Shown here: positions 26,236 to 38,431 of the stretch, piece after piece | Position numbering within the stretch: position 1 is the first letter of the stretch | Layout of the letters: every line of letters begins with the position of its first letter | DNA from: Iphione sp. A-MEVVRFRX5 | Taxonomy: Eukaryota | NCBI GenBank assembly: GCA_976226885.1 | Contig: OZ320314.1 | Coordinates: forward strand, 47,058,001 to 47,122,000 | Direction of reading: 5' to 3' | DNA length: 64,000 nucleotides | Program-made: the position numbers and the translations under genes | The notes under the pieces: generated by a model | Told to the model about the DNA's origin: nothing | Database searches by the model: none | What the model saw: the letters and a program-made list of their open reading frames with translations, nothing else

Positions 26236-27181
26236 GCGACATAATTATACAAAGAGTTGGAATAACAAAATGATAATAACGTCAGAGATAAAAGGAGGAT
26301 TAGTCCAAAAGTTCAGCCCCAAAGATCATAAGCTAAAACATATAGATATGTGTTTCCAGTAACATGCTTGAAATAAGGATCGGTAAGTAGGTGTCTTTTT
26401 CTTTGTTAATATTGAAAGCAACAAATCACTTGTCCTGCTCATATTTTAATGAACATGATAATTATCATTATGGAATTCAATGATCTAAGCAACAAAATGA
26501 TGTATTGTATGTGTCTGTATCTTCATTTACTCTAAAGATATTTATGAAACAAGAAAAGTTCCATTGGGACTGAAGTAAGATTTGGCCAGGTTACCGGAAA
26601 CACAGATATCTAATTCTTTACTAGGTCTAGGTATATAAGTGAGCTTATGCTTTCCATGTGTCCAGATTTGTTTCTGTCAGTACATGTGTGTATGGAAAAA
26701 ATTATCCTATGCAGAGCAGCTGAGGGTATTACATGTGTACATGTCAGGGGTCATGAGGTCTCCATGGTTCGAAAATGAGCAATGTCCATAAATTTCTCCA
26801 GACTTTGGACTCCAGACACCAGTACAGACATGTAAAATAGAGAAATAACACCATCTAGCCTATGTTAGATTATGAAAAATATCTAACTTACATATAATTT
26901 GCATTAAAAAATAGTTTACACAGATTTGACAGGAATTCACATGATCGCACACATACAGAGGGCAAGAGACTGTTCTGGACCATATATGAAATCTGGACAC
27001 ACAGAAACTGGGCTATCGTGACCATCCGGAAAATTGGCCAAATCTTAGAACAGGACCTTCATATATATATAGAAGAAAAAAAAGAGATACATGGAAACCG
27101 GGCACCGGGAGAGGTGAGAGTTGCCTCGTCAGCCAAAGCTGACCCATAGATGTGATTCCTGTCAATCAACTTTATGATACT

Positions 27182-27443
27182 CAGGCCCGTAGCATAGGGG
27201 GTATCGGTATGATCGTCAGATACCCCCCACAAAAGCAAGTAGTTGCACCTCTCAAGGCCTATAGCCAAGGTTGTATCATGAGAAAGAAGGAGAAAGAGAG
27301 AGAAGAAGAAAAAGAAGGAGGAAGACCTCTCTAACCAAGAGTTCCACCTCTCTAACCAAGAGTTCCACCTCTCAAACTTTAGAGTTCCACATTTCTAATT
27401 TGAGATACCCCCCCCCCCACAAGAGTTCCTGGCTACGGGCCTG
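27182..27443. mobile_element. MITE family A, copy 2
   Basis: Same TIRs; about 3.5 copies of a 21-bp unit agagttccacctctctaacca; 5-bp flanks atact/atcct. Confidence 0.85.
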
Positions 27444-28251
27444 ATCCTGTAATTATAAAGGGCGTGGTTAGGTTTCCAACCCCTGCTGTGCTACTCTACA
27501 AAGTGTCACCTTGTATTTACAGGTAAGACAAACTTGCCAACATGATCGATGCACCACGCAATCAAGATAACCAATCAGACAACCACACTTCTTTTCTGTA
27601 TTGGTTAAAATACGAGTACCAGCGATTACACGATATAATGTACGAGGTAAGCCCCTTCCTTAGTTACGGGTCTCGTTACCAACCTGTACTTAGGACTCTT
27701 CTACCAAGAAATTGATAAGCCGATGTTCATATTTCATATGAATACATCAATCAATATGTTAACTTGAGTAGTTCGTCTGAATCCTATAACCCGCAAACAT
27801 TGGGCTTCAAACCAATGTAAATTTCGAAAAAGAATCTTGAGTTGCCTTTATATTAAGTCAGAGGCCATATTCAGTCAAACGCCAACACTAAAATTAAAGT
27901 CTTTTTCGTCGGGATGCCTGTGATAATTCGTTGACTATATATACACGTCATACAGATAATACTATATTCGTGTTAATTTTCATGTACGTTAGCCCTACCT
28001 TGTGTGTATTTCATAGAAAGTATCCACGCGTGCTCTCCCTGCCAAATGCACCTGGTCGACAAGGCTCCTTGCACATAAATATAAACCAGTCGGGTCTGTC
28101 CCGTACTTATGTATGGGGTACACGACTCAACACGTTCAGTTGTCGTTGTTTCAGCGGCTTTCTCGGCCGCCGCTCACATTCCAGCTTTTGCACTCTTGAG
28201 CAGACGATTTTTTCACAAACAGAGCTGACGACATCTGCCATTGGCAGCTAT

Positions 28252-28270
28252 TGACGTCATCCTTACGTAA
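28252..28270. promoter_or_regulatory. Adjacent bZIP-type sites (TGACGTCA and TTACGTAA); candidate tetraspanin promoter
   Basis: Two perfect palindromes 3 bp apart in a CpG-rich patch about 2.9 kb upstream of the tetraspanin ATG. Promoter role is inferred. Confidence 0.35.
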
Positions 28271-29713
28271 TGCGCGAACGCTGCTCGTCACGATTCAAAC
28301 TGTGAAACCCTTGTGTTAGATACATGGTAGTTACAAGAATACATACATGTACACAATCATGTTGTCTTTGACGTTTCACAACCCACCACAAATCTCGTTT
28401 CCACCTACTGATGAGCTTCCAAAGAGAGGAGCGCGCAAAATGGCAAATACGTGTATATAAGTCATTGTTCCTAAGCAAAAGCAGAATATGAAGAAAGTCA
28501 ACAAGCATCAACTGCAATGTATAAGTCTCTGGTATTACGGGGTATTATTTAGTATAACCCGCAGTCCAACTTTTTTTCGTGTAGGCCTATTATAGGAAAA
28601 GAACCACCACATCTCACCTTTCTCTTTTTTTCAGATCAGATATAGGCTACTATGGGCTATATTTTCATGTGTCTGACAATGTAAATTGCTTGTTACTTTA
28701 AAAAGCCCTTTGGCATTGCCTTGGGATTCTTTAAGATTCAAGATTCAATCTGTTTATTTACTTCTTATAGTATATGGGATCTACATCAAGGTCTTCCAGT
28801 AAATTTCCAGAAGACTTTAATTAATTTTGTTAACAGGAAGGAAAAAGAGAAAGAAATAAATGAATGTACACAGTCAAACAGTGTTAATTTCTTGTTACTT
28901 ACATTAAAAGTCCACTTGGCATTGCCTTTATTGGGTCGGCAAATCGCTCAGTTGAAGGGCGGGGAACATTCAAATTGATAGGCCTAGAGTCCTCATAGAC
29001 ATTCACTAACAACAAACCACTTTGGTTGATGCCCTCATGCTTTTTTCACATACAATGTCTGACTCGGATTTACGTGACATGCAAAAAATGCATAATCCAA
29101 TGACATCCTTGTCCATTGGGAAGTTATAGATATTTGAATAACGATTCTCAGGAAATCCAGTAGTCAAATAATCATTAGCAGCAAATCAGAACTGGTTCTT
29201 CTAAAGTCATGAGAAGTTCTCCCACAGCCCTACAAGATAATATAGCCGTGGCAAAGAAAGCAATGAGGTGACGATGGTTAGTAGAAAGGTGAAGAAGATC
29301 AGAGTTGTGGAAATAATGGATATGAGAACTGTCGTAAAGGAAGGGTGGATGACTTTATGTATAAATTATCAATGTGTCGATGATGAATATTCATGCACAT
29401 GTTCTAGCAGATTTTTAATAAAAACTTCATGTGTAGGTTCATAGTCTAGAGGCATACTAGATGGCATTACCTAACAGTAACCTAGCCCGGCAAACAAAGG
29501 TAAAGCAGGTTTATATCGAATACAAACATCGTCATACACTCATGTATTGACCACACACACAAGACATATATCGGTCAATGCTTGACCAATATTTGACCAT
29601 GGGTGCTGTGACCCAAACAATCATCCCTCCTGAGGGAGCGTCTACACGGACCAAAAATAGAAATCAGATGCAACCAAGGCTCTTGGATTTTATATACTGT
29701 AACCTCTCCCGAA

Positions 29714-29961
29714 GGCCGAGAAAAAAATGTCTCTGGTAACCCGACCGCACCTACATTATAGTGATTTGCAACTTTTTATTTGTTCATTGTTTTGTATGTA
29801 TCTTCAGCAGGAATACTGGTAGAGGCATATACAATACACCACTTTGTTGCTTACATTACCAGCTTTCATTAACATTGAGAAAAAAAAGAAAACTAAAACT
29901 AACCTACAGACCCTGTATTTTTTCAGCTTATTACAGAAACCAGTGAACTTTTTTTTCGGCC
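29714..29961. mobile_element. Putative short MITE
   Basis: Ends ggccgagaaaaaaa / ttttttttcggcc; no clear TSD. Confidence 0.4.
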
Positions 29962-30241
29962 TGCGACATTCCCCATTACCAGACTGACCCTATCAAAGTA
30001 AACAAAAGCTTTATATAGTCAGAAAAACTGATAGCTCCAAATATTCACTATTGCATTCCCCCCCCCAATGTTTTGTATCATCCATGATTAGAAAGGTGAG
30101 GTACATGTAGGCCTATTTGTTGTATTAGCCTACGAGTGAACCACACCACAGTTAGTCAGTATGAATATACACGTAATCCTATTATAATGTGTGCATGTTT
30201 TCAGTTTTTGGGGGACTCTGTAAGAATGTTCCGACATTAAG

Positions 30242-30404
30242 CAGGCCCGTAGCCAGGAAGTTTTCTGGGGGGCATCGGACGATACCCCCGATACCAAACA
30301 GGTGGAACTAATTTCTATTTGTCTTTATGAAGGCCTGTTGGCATTAATGATTTGGGGGGGGGGTATCGGACGATACCCCCGATAACCCCTTGGCTACGGG
30401 CCAG
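30242..30404. mobile_element. MITE family A, copy 3
   Basis: caggcccgtagccagg...ccttggctacgggccag; palindrome gggggtatcg-ga-cgataccccc; flanks ttaag/taaag. Confidence 0.85.
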
Positions 30405-31741
30405 TAAAGAGTGGGCACTAGTCTATTGTGTGTGAGTAAGTTTGCAAGAAAGCCTGATTTATATGCGTTAACATGAAACTGTGTGTGTTTACCTACTTAT
30501 ATACAAGTACAATACGTACATGTATATAAATTTCGCACAACGACCAGTTGTCACGACCCTTGTACTTAGAGCCAGGTCGACTTAATGAACAACACCGAAG
30601 TCCCTCTTGCTTACTGATCATCCTTTTTACCATACCAACCGAAGAAGTCAACAAGGATTTACTCTCAGGACAACAATTAATCCAGCCGGAGCCGCACATA
30701 CGTAAATATATGAGCTACTGCAGATGGCAGTGGCGCTGCATCTGGTGTGTGAACTGTACACTAGAGGGCCGCTGCTGAGCGCTCAGTCCCTGCCTGTCGG
30801 CCGAAGTGTACAGTTGTGTTTCCACCCTCCCACCCAGCAGACAGGATTTGTGAAGAAATATTGTACTGAGGTACCCGTGATTGTATATGGTACCCCCTAT
30901 TCACAAGGTACATGGTGAGTGTGATTGTATTATTGCAAGTATGGCCTCGATTATGTGACTTGATATGTTGATTATCTGCCCTGCATGATGCTTACCATAC
31001 AGGGCCTGAGAAGAGATGTGTTCCCTCACTCAGTCTGCCAAATTAATTAAAGTGTTGTTATTATATGTCTTGACTTGTTTTCGTTTCTTATCTGTTGAGG
31101 GGGGAGCCACAAGATGTGTTATTTATTTTACAAACTTATGACAGTGAACGTGAGACCGTGTAAAAAGATCTTCTTGCTGAAAGTTGCATGAAACCTAATA
31201 CGCATAAATATATCAATACATGTATATACATTTATTTCCTCACAAGTAATTATGAATTAACAATTTGCTTTTTCGTGCGTTCACGAAATGTTAAGGCCTG
31301 GTTTCAATATCTCTGTTTGTCTGTGGACACATGTGGGTGTGTTGCATGTTAATTGTGGTGCGAACAAGTTGAAATCATTGTGGGGTGTTCCAAACATGCA
31401 TTGTGCATGCACCATCCATCTTTAAACACTGCTTAATGATTACATGCAATGCATCAGAAATGCATGCAAAAGCATTAGTACCATATGGCAGATAGTGTCT
31501 GGAAAAGGCGAGAATATATACCGAAGAATGTTACGGCGTGAACACAACATGACAATACATTACATTACCGAAAGAGATGTTTTATTGCTTTACTGCTAGA
31601 GCACAACTGATTGATACTCCACACCAACGTCTATTTATGCAAAAAGGGGTATTATACTGTGGAGTACTTGCATCCAGATTAACATCAACACCGAATAAAC
31701 GTGTGCAGAGTAACAATTAACGCTCCATGCAATAACATGTA

Positions 31742-32692
31742 CAGAGAGAATTCCAAAACCGAACAGTCGCCGTTTCCGCTAAAATCGTTCGGTTTTGGGA
31801 TAATTCGTATTTGGAATTGTGGCCTAAGGCCACTTTCAATTTCACACAGTTACACACTTACTTTTAACCATGCATATCTATAACAATTAAATAAATCATA
31901 TCATGAGTGTGATCTATTCTAAACCTGAAATAAGGATAATATGGAAGAGAAAACCCACAGAAACTTACTTTTAACCATGCATACCTATAAAAATTAAATA
32001 AATCATATCATGAATTCCTGGGTCAGGAAAACGTGGGAAAACGCCATCCAAGGTGTGAGTATGACTCCTCTTTGAGCTTCCAGTCGTCAAAGGAACTGCG
32101 ACAGAGGGCCTATGTAAGGTGTTGGCTGAGCTCGCAGTCAGCTTGCCGTGGTGTCGAACGGAGAGGAACCGAGCTCGCAGTGGTCAAAGGAAGGTGTCGA
32201 GCCTCTCCATTTGGTTTTTGAGTACAATTTTAATTAATTACATTTAAAGCATGGCACCCCCCCTGCAAACCCCCAGACACCCCTCGGAAGGTTACAGGAC
32301 GTCCTGCTCTGTCTCTCCCTCACACCTACATACTCTAATCCAAACAATGACTTTAGTGATAGATACATACCGAGTAGAGCATTGTATGCGATATAAAGTC
32401 ACAGAAGGGATTAACTGCAAGGCACAGCCGAGCAGTTAACCCCTTCTGTGACTATATTGCAAAACGTAGTATAACGAAATAACAGCATTCGTCAAAGGAA
32501 GGTGTCGAGCCTCTCCATTCGGTTTTCGAGTACAATTTTAACTAATTATAATGAAATAATAGCATTCGGATTCGGAAATTGCATATTTTGGATATATGAG
32601 TGTCTAAACAGAGAAAAACGTTTGGTTCCTCAAAATATCGTTCGGTTTTGGGGCGATTCGGATTTGGAGTGTTCGGACTTGGAATATCCTCT
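31742..32692. mobile_element. Tc1/mariner-pogo-like non-autonomous element
   Basis: TA flanks at 31740-41 and 32693-94; imperfect TIR cagag..attccaa..ccgaac; internal duplications and an inverted repeat. Confidence 0.65.
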
Positions 32693-32694
32693 GT

Positions 32695-33802
32695 AGTCTC
32701 TTGTTCTTTCTTGGTATTTTCTCATTCTTGTTAGCATCATGGCAATTAATGTTCTGAAAGTGGCTGGGATATTTGTTTGTATTGTCTTGCTATCTTGGAG
32801 TTGTTTTTTCCTTTTAACAGATGTGTTTGCTTGTGTTTGTGCATTCCATGAATACACAGCTTGTGACCTGATCTGGGTTTTGATCTGGCTTCTTCTTCTT
32901 GTTCTTCTTTGGATTTCAGTGGTCTGAGGACAGGGGAACGTGCCATGTTCTGTAGAGCTGGTGTCCCTGATCTACAGTGAGATATTTTCTAGCAAGCTTG
33001 TAGTGGGTACTTTCATTGGAAGGTGATCAGTTCCTGGTAGTTCCTGGAGGACTGTGTCTTCAAGATGTGTAGTACCAGGTCATCTACTGGGGCTACATAC
33101 AACTGTTCATCTAGGTGTTCCAGGAGCTTCTGTCAATCTCTCTTTAGGGCAGGGTGGACAGCCAGGTAGTAGATGACCATCCAGTTCACTGGATATATGC
33201 ATCTGGGGCAGGGGTAGTCTCTTGTTATCTCTTGATATGTTCTTGTTCTTGTTTGCTTCATTGCAATTGGTGTTCTGAAGGGGCCTGGATATCTGTTTGT
33301 GTTATCTTGCCATTGAGGAGTTGTTTGTTCCATCTAACAGATTTGTTTCCTTCTGTCTCTGCATTCCATGGGTCTATAGCTTGTTGCTTGATTCTGGTTT
33401 TGATCTGGGTCTTGCTTATGGGGACGTTGTCAACATGTGGTTACCTGGCACCTATCTTGGCTGCTCTGTCTGCTTTCTGTTTCCCAGGGATTCCAACATG
33501 GCTTAGGATCCAGTTGATGAGGTAGCTGGGCATTGTTGTTTCTGCTGTTCTATGGATCTGATTAGTTAGTTGTGTGTTGTCGTTTGGTAAGTGTTGCTGT
33601 AGATTCTGGATGGCACCTAGTGAATCAGTGTGGATTCACTCTGGTGAAGTTGTGTGTGGCTGAATCTTCCACTGCTCTAAGGATTGCAGCAAGCTCTGTC
33701 TGAAAAGTGGATGAGTGGTCTGAGACTCTGAAGGCTCTGGTTCCATGTGGTGAGACAAAGCCACCATTTTGTAATACTAGATATGTGCCATAAGACAATG
33801 TA
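32695..33802 (-). pseudogene. I-group (Nimb/Ingi-like) LINE 3' fragments with RNase H; two related pieces in tandem
   Basis: FRVSDHSSTFQTELAAIL, HTDSLGAIQ and NWILSHVGIPGKQKADRAAK are RNase H motifs, followed by RDYPCPRC. The segment at about 32695-32930 is a diverged second copy of about 33220-33420. Confidence 0.8.
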
Positions 33803-34076
33803 CAGGCTCGTAGCCAGGAAGTCTTGTGGGGGGTAATTAGAGATGTGGAACTCTTAGCTAGAGAGGTGGAACTCCTGGTTAGAGAGGTGGAACTCCTAGT
33901 CTTCCTTCCTCTCTCTCTGCCATCACTCTCTCCCTCTGCCCTCTCTCTACTCTCTCTCTCACTCCTTCTCTCTTTCTCACAATACACCCTTGGCTATGGG
34001 CATGGATAGGTGGAACTCCTGGCTTCTGTGGGCGGTATGGAACGATATCCCCAATACGCCCTTGGCTACGGGCCTG
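33803..34076. mobile_element. MITE family A, copy 4 (opposite orientation to copy 2)
   Basis: Same TIRs; three 21-bp units; exact 5-bp flanks atgta/atgta; abuts the LINE RNase H fragment. Confidence 0.85.
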
Positions 34077-34267
34077 ATGTATGAGTGGAAAACCATCTGT
34101 AAAAGAAAAAAATTGATATGTAATGTTCCCATTGACAGATGTTGTTTCCCTGCTTAATTTATAGATCGTTAGCTATGTCAGGTATTACATGTAGTATTTC
34201 TAGTGTTTAGGAAATTAGTGTGTTGTTAAATCTACTCCTGCTTGTTACTGTAACCTGTCAAATGCCA

Positions 34268-34550
34268 GGTGGGGAATTAGCTCAGTTGGTAAGCGTGGGC
34301 CTGGGACTTTTGATCATAACAAGACATTTCCTGTAACCCCAACACAGAGTGGTCCACGACTTGTAACAAAGGACATGGGCATAAAGAATTCTGTCCCCTA
34401 TGCACAAAAGACCTAAGAAACCTGTTTGACATAAAAGTGGAGGCGCAATCCCTGATATTCTGGTCTCTTAATTCTCAGAAATAGATGGTAGTGTGTTATC
34501 CCAGGAGGATATGGAAGAAAAGCTAAAATGATAGCTGAATATGTAGATAC
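34268..34550 (+). mobile_element. tRNA-derived SINE, family B copy 2 (B box deleted)
   Basis: A box tagctcagttgg at 34278; body aligns with 8232-8550. Confidence 0.7.
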
Positions 34551-37500
34551 ACAGGTATTTCTTCATATTTCTTCACATTTTTTCACCTTTGTAGGTGAAT
34601 TACACACATTTAAGCATGTCTTCCTTTTCTGAACTTTTTTTCGGTTATCTTTGCCATATCTCAGCCTATTTTTCATGAAAAAAATCCATTTTTCAGCTGA
34701 TTTTCCAAGAAAAAAGTTTTTTCCAATCAACAGTCCATGTGAAGAAATTCTTTGGTTGGCTTTCCATAAAAAGCTTTTTTTTGGCATTTTTTAGCTGGTT
34801 TTCATACTTTTCCAGTCATTGAATGCACTGGCATGCACTAGCCCACACTGGTGTTCAAAGGACACCCCTGTGTGTGAGGATGCATGAAAACAAAAACACA
34901 GGGTCCCAGGCTGGAAATGCACCTGAACACCTCTCGCACCATCCTGCAGGTATGGATACTGGGCCTAAAGGTACAGTGGAATGAAATGGTGTTTAATTTA
35001 GTATGGATTCTCATGCATCTAGCTTGTGAAACTACCAGGTTGCATGGTGGTATGTCGTGCAATAATACACATAACATATGGTGTTATTGCTTGTAATAAA
35101 AACATCCTACAGTCAGGGTAGAGGAACCAAATTTCACTGTACTGTTTTAAGAAGACAGCCTGTAAAATTTATCATATAACTTTCTTCATTTGCATAAAGT
35201 TGCACCAGCAGCTATTTTTAGCACTACACATATCAGTTATGATGAAATCAAGCCATTGTATTTTTGAAGTAAAGTATAGATTTGCAATCTATCTTGAAAT
35301 CATACCCATAAAATTTGAGTTGATGTTTGATTTAAGTAACTTTGTTAGAGATTGCACTCTTTTTTATTGAAATAGTCATAATACAACAGACCAATATCAG
35401 TGACATTTCCAGCAGCAATGGACATATATATAATGAGAGGTGTTATATAGTGCTTTGCAATAGGAACACACACTGTATCTCTCTGATCTTTTGGAAAGAT
35501 GTTAAAATTTCTGCAAAAATTACATAGCAAGAGTTAGACCAACTAATAAGAATTGAGATCTAAGATAATTGATAAATTATTTAATTTGTTACCATGGCAA
35601 CACCCAAAACTGCTGATATAATATCAGTAATGCAGCTGATGCACATAATTGTTCATGTTTTTGGTGATCGATACAAAATGGCAGATCATGATACTATTTT
35701 ATGGACAATAACAAATAAGATATCAAAGATTGCAAATTGCTTACTGATCATTTGCTCAATAGTAAGTTAATCTCTTAAAGCAGTATTTATAACTCTTTCT
35801 TGATATATACTGTAAGTTAGTGGAAATCTTTCATAATCTTAACAAAAAATGGCCTCTAGTCAGGACCATCCTGTTCCCATGGCAGGAAAAACTAAATAAA
35901 TGATTTACTGTATTCATAAAATATGTCTTATATATTTGTAGAGAGAAGAGGGAGAAAGGGATAATCTTTTCAAGCTAGACCCCTTCCATACTCTATTTAA
36001 GACCAAACTCATTATTAAGACCACTTTTTTTTGGACCTAAGTGGTGGTCTTAAATAGGTTTTCGACTGAATATCAATGCTATCTCTATACTACAGACAGG
36101 AGGAGAACTAATCTTCAACCTCTATTGCATGCATATGGTTTACCAGGCAATACTTCTAGAATAGATCTAGAATAGCACTGGCAAAAGTAACATATTTGCA
36201 CTACATGTATAGCAGATCTATTAAGTCTATGGTGTCACTGGGTCCTGATAAGTGCAGCTCAGTCAGGGAGAAAAACTGACAATTGTAAGAATGTTCGCCA
36301 GACATACTTGAGAGTATGACAGAAAAATAGTTTGCACACATTTTAGTGTGCGTAAACCTTGCAATGCAATGATGCATATTGAGATGGGTAAATCCCACCA
36401 ATCCCGATATAGCGCTGGTTCTTTCCAGCAGTGCAAACGGCATTGTCTGTATCAATATCTGGACTAAAGTCCCAATCAAGAACCTGGACCAACTAGTGTC
36501 CCGCTATTTACTGATAGTATGGATGTAAACAACCGGTGATGATTTGATCTGGCAGGCAGGTTAAACAGAGCAGCGCGCTAGTGAAGTTTACAGCTTGCTC
36601 ATTTAATCCAGCAATTAATAGATTATGGACTGTCATACTCCTGGAATGTAGTGAAATTATATACATCAGGATGTGCTTTATATTGAGATAACGGATGGGC
36701 TCTGTGCACGAGTCTGATGAAGAAATTCTCGGTTTCATAAAGTTTTACGTGTTTATTGAGTGGTAAACTAACAACAAGCGATTCAGCATGGCATAAGCTT
36801 CGTCTAACAAACAAAGCACACAAGTTTCGTGAATTTTCTTAGTCGATGTGATGACGTCTGATTTTGTCAGCATCAATTGATAGATGCTAGAAAGGTCCTT
36901 CCGTAGGGAGCTTAAGGCAGACACCAAATGGAAGAAGAGAACACTATTTAGCATCAGCAAGGAACAGAAATTATTGTTGTACTAAATCATCATCGATGTA
37001 CTTAAATGTAATTGCTAAAACCAATAATAATGATTGTACAGTTGATGTAGGATTGATACGTAGATTCATGATTAGACGAGTTTCAACTTCTGCGTGTTCT
37101 GCTATGACCTACTGTGAGGTGACGACCATTTAACACTTGATCAACTGATTGCCGTCACGACACAATCGAATTCTGATAATTACTCGGAAACAGCTCACTT
37201 CACTTGTGGTAGACAGATACTAGTAGTGGAGAGAAAATAAAAACATTTAGATCGTGATACAAGAAGTTCAAAAATTAAATATCTACGTATTATCTTCAGA
37301 TATATAGTAAATTAATGTGGAATAACCACATAAACGAACTTCTTTCTAAAGGATATATAAGATATATACACAGGTTATTCTGCACGCTTGAGCTATGGTT
37401 GCTTTGTGTTTGTAAATATGAATTGTAAGGACCTTGCTACACAGTTAGTATACATGCCTACATCCACCTCCTACTAGACAGGAGGTAAAGGATGAAATGA

Positions 37501-38129
37501 TGGGCATCTGGTGAGATCTTTATCTATCTGGAGTAAATGCACCACAGAACTGTTACACTGTTTTGTTAATTTATTGCAATGGGAGGAAAACATTCTGCCA
37601 CATCAATACCCTTTTATCTGTGTCACTCTGAGGAAAGTTGAAGGTTGTGAACAAAAATTTCTGACCAGAAGGTCTCTCATTTATTATGAAAACAATGTTT
37701 GTATACTTTTACCCCAATGATCCCGCATGAAAATCTTAGGTAATGAATAAATGACGTAATGAACAGCTACAACATAAAAGCTATTATTTCTCGTTTTATT
37801 GTTTCTTTGGATTCCGTAGCATTTCCGTGTTATTAGCTCTAGTCCGGTTGAAGATATATTTTGCATTGATTGTCAGTAATTTTACAAGATAATTCTTTTT
37901 GGTGCCTTGTCTTATACTCTCTGGCTCTCCCCTTTCACTGTCTTTGCCATGAATATCCTCCCTATATGAACAATGTAAAGCCATCTGAAAAATTCAACAT
38001 TTTTCTGTTAGTATTTGCGGCTGAAGATCTTGGTAGCAAATTTCATGAAATACAATCAGGAAAAGACAATGAAGAGATGTAGGTCTTCTCACCAAAGGCA
38101 GGTTGCCATTGTTACTATTTCAAACTTAC

Positions 38130-38183
38130 ATCCGGAGCTCTTGTTGCTTTCTCCAGTTGATACAACTGAGGCATCTTCATGAA
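38130..38183 (-). CDS. SLC46-like coding exon 6 (cytosolic tail)
   Basis: ttttag|(V)HEDASVVSTGESNKSSG|gtaagt; phase 1/1. Confidence 0.65.
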
Positions 38184-38393
38184 CTAAAAGACAATTTGAA
38201 AGTTAGTTGAATTTTTAAAAAGAATTTATTTGGTGACTAGGATAGCAGTAAATGTGAATCTTAAATGCCCTCATTGACATACGAAATATATTTCTGTGTA
38301 CAATTTGTTCCTTCCAGGTGTTGGAAATCTCATAACATCTGTAATTACTGTATATTCATTAAAATAAAACCTAGTATTCTAGAGAGACATTGC

Positions 38394-38431
<38 letters not shown>

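Noticed and set aside
35147-35780. Kolobok-like TTAA-bounded element containing gttaccatggcaac
   Set aside because: The terminal sequences match poorly as inverted repeats.
36340-36490. Open minus frame VLDWDFSPDIDTDNAVCTAGKNQRY as a last SLC46 exon
   Set aside because: Weak acceptor, and its phase does not fit the phase-1 donor at 38130.
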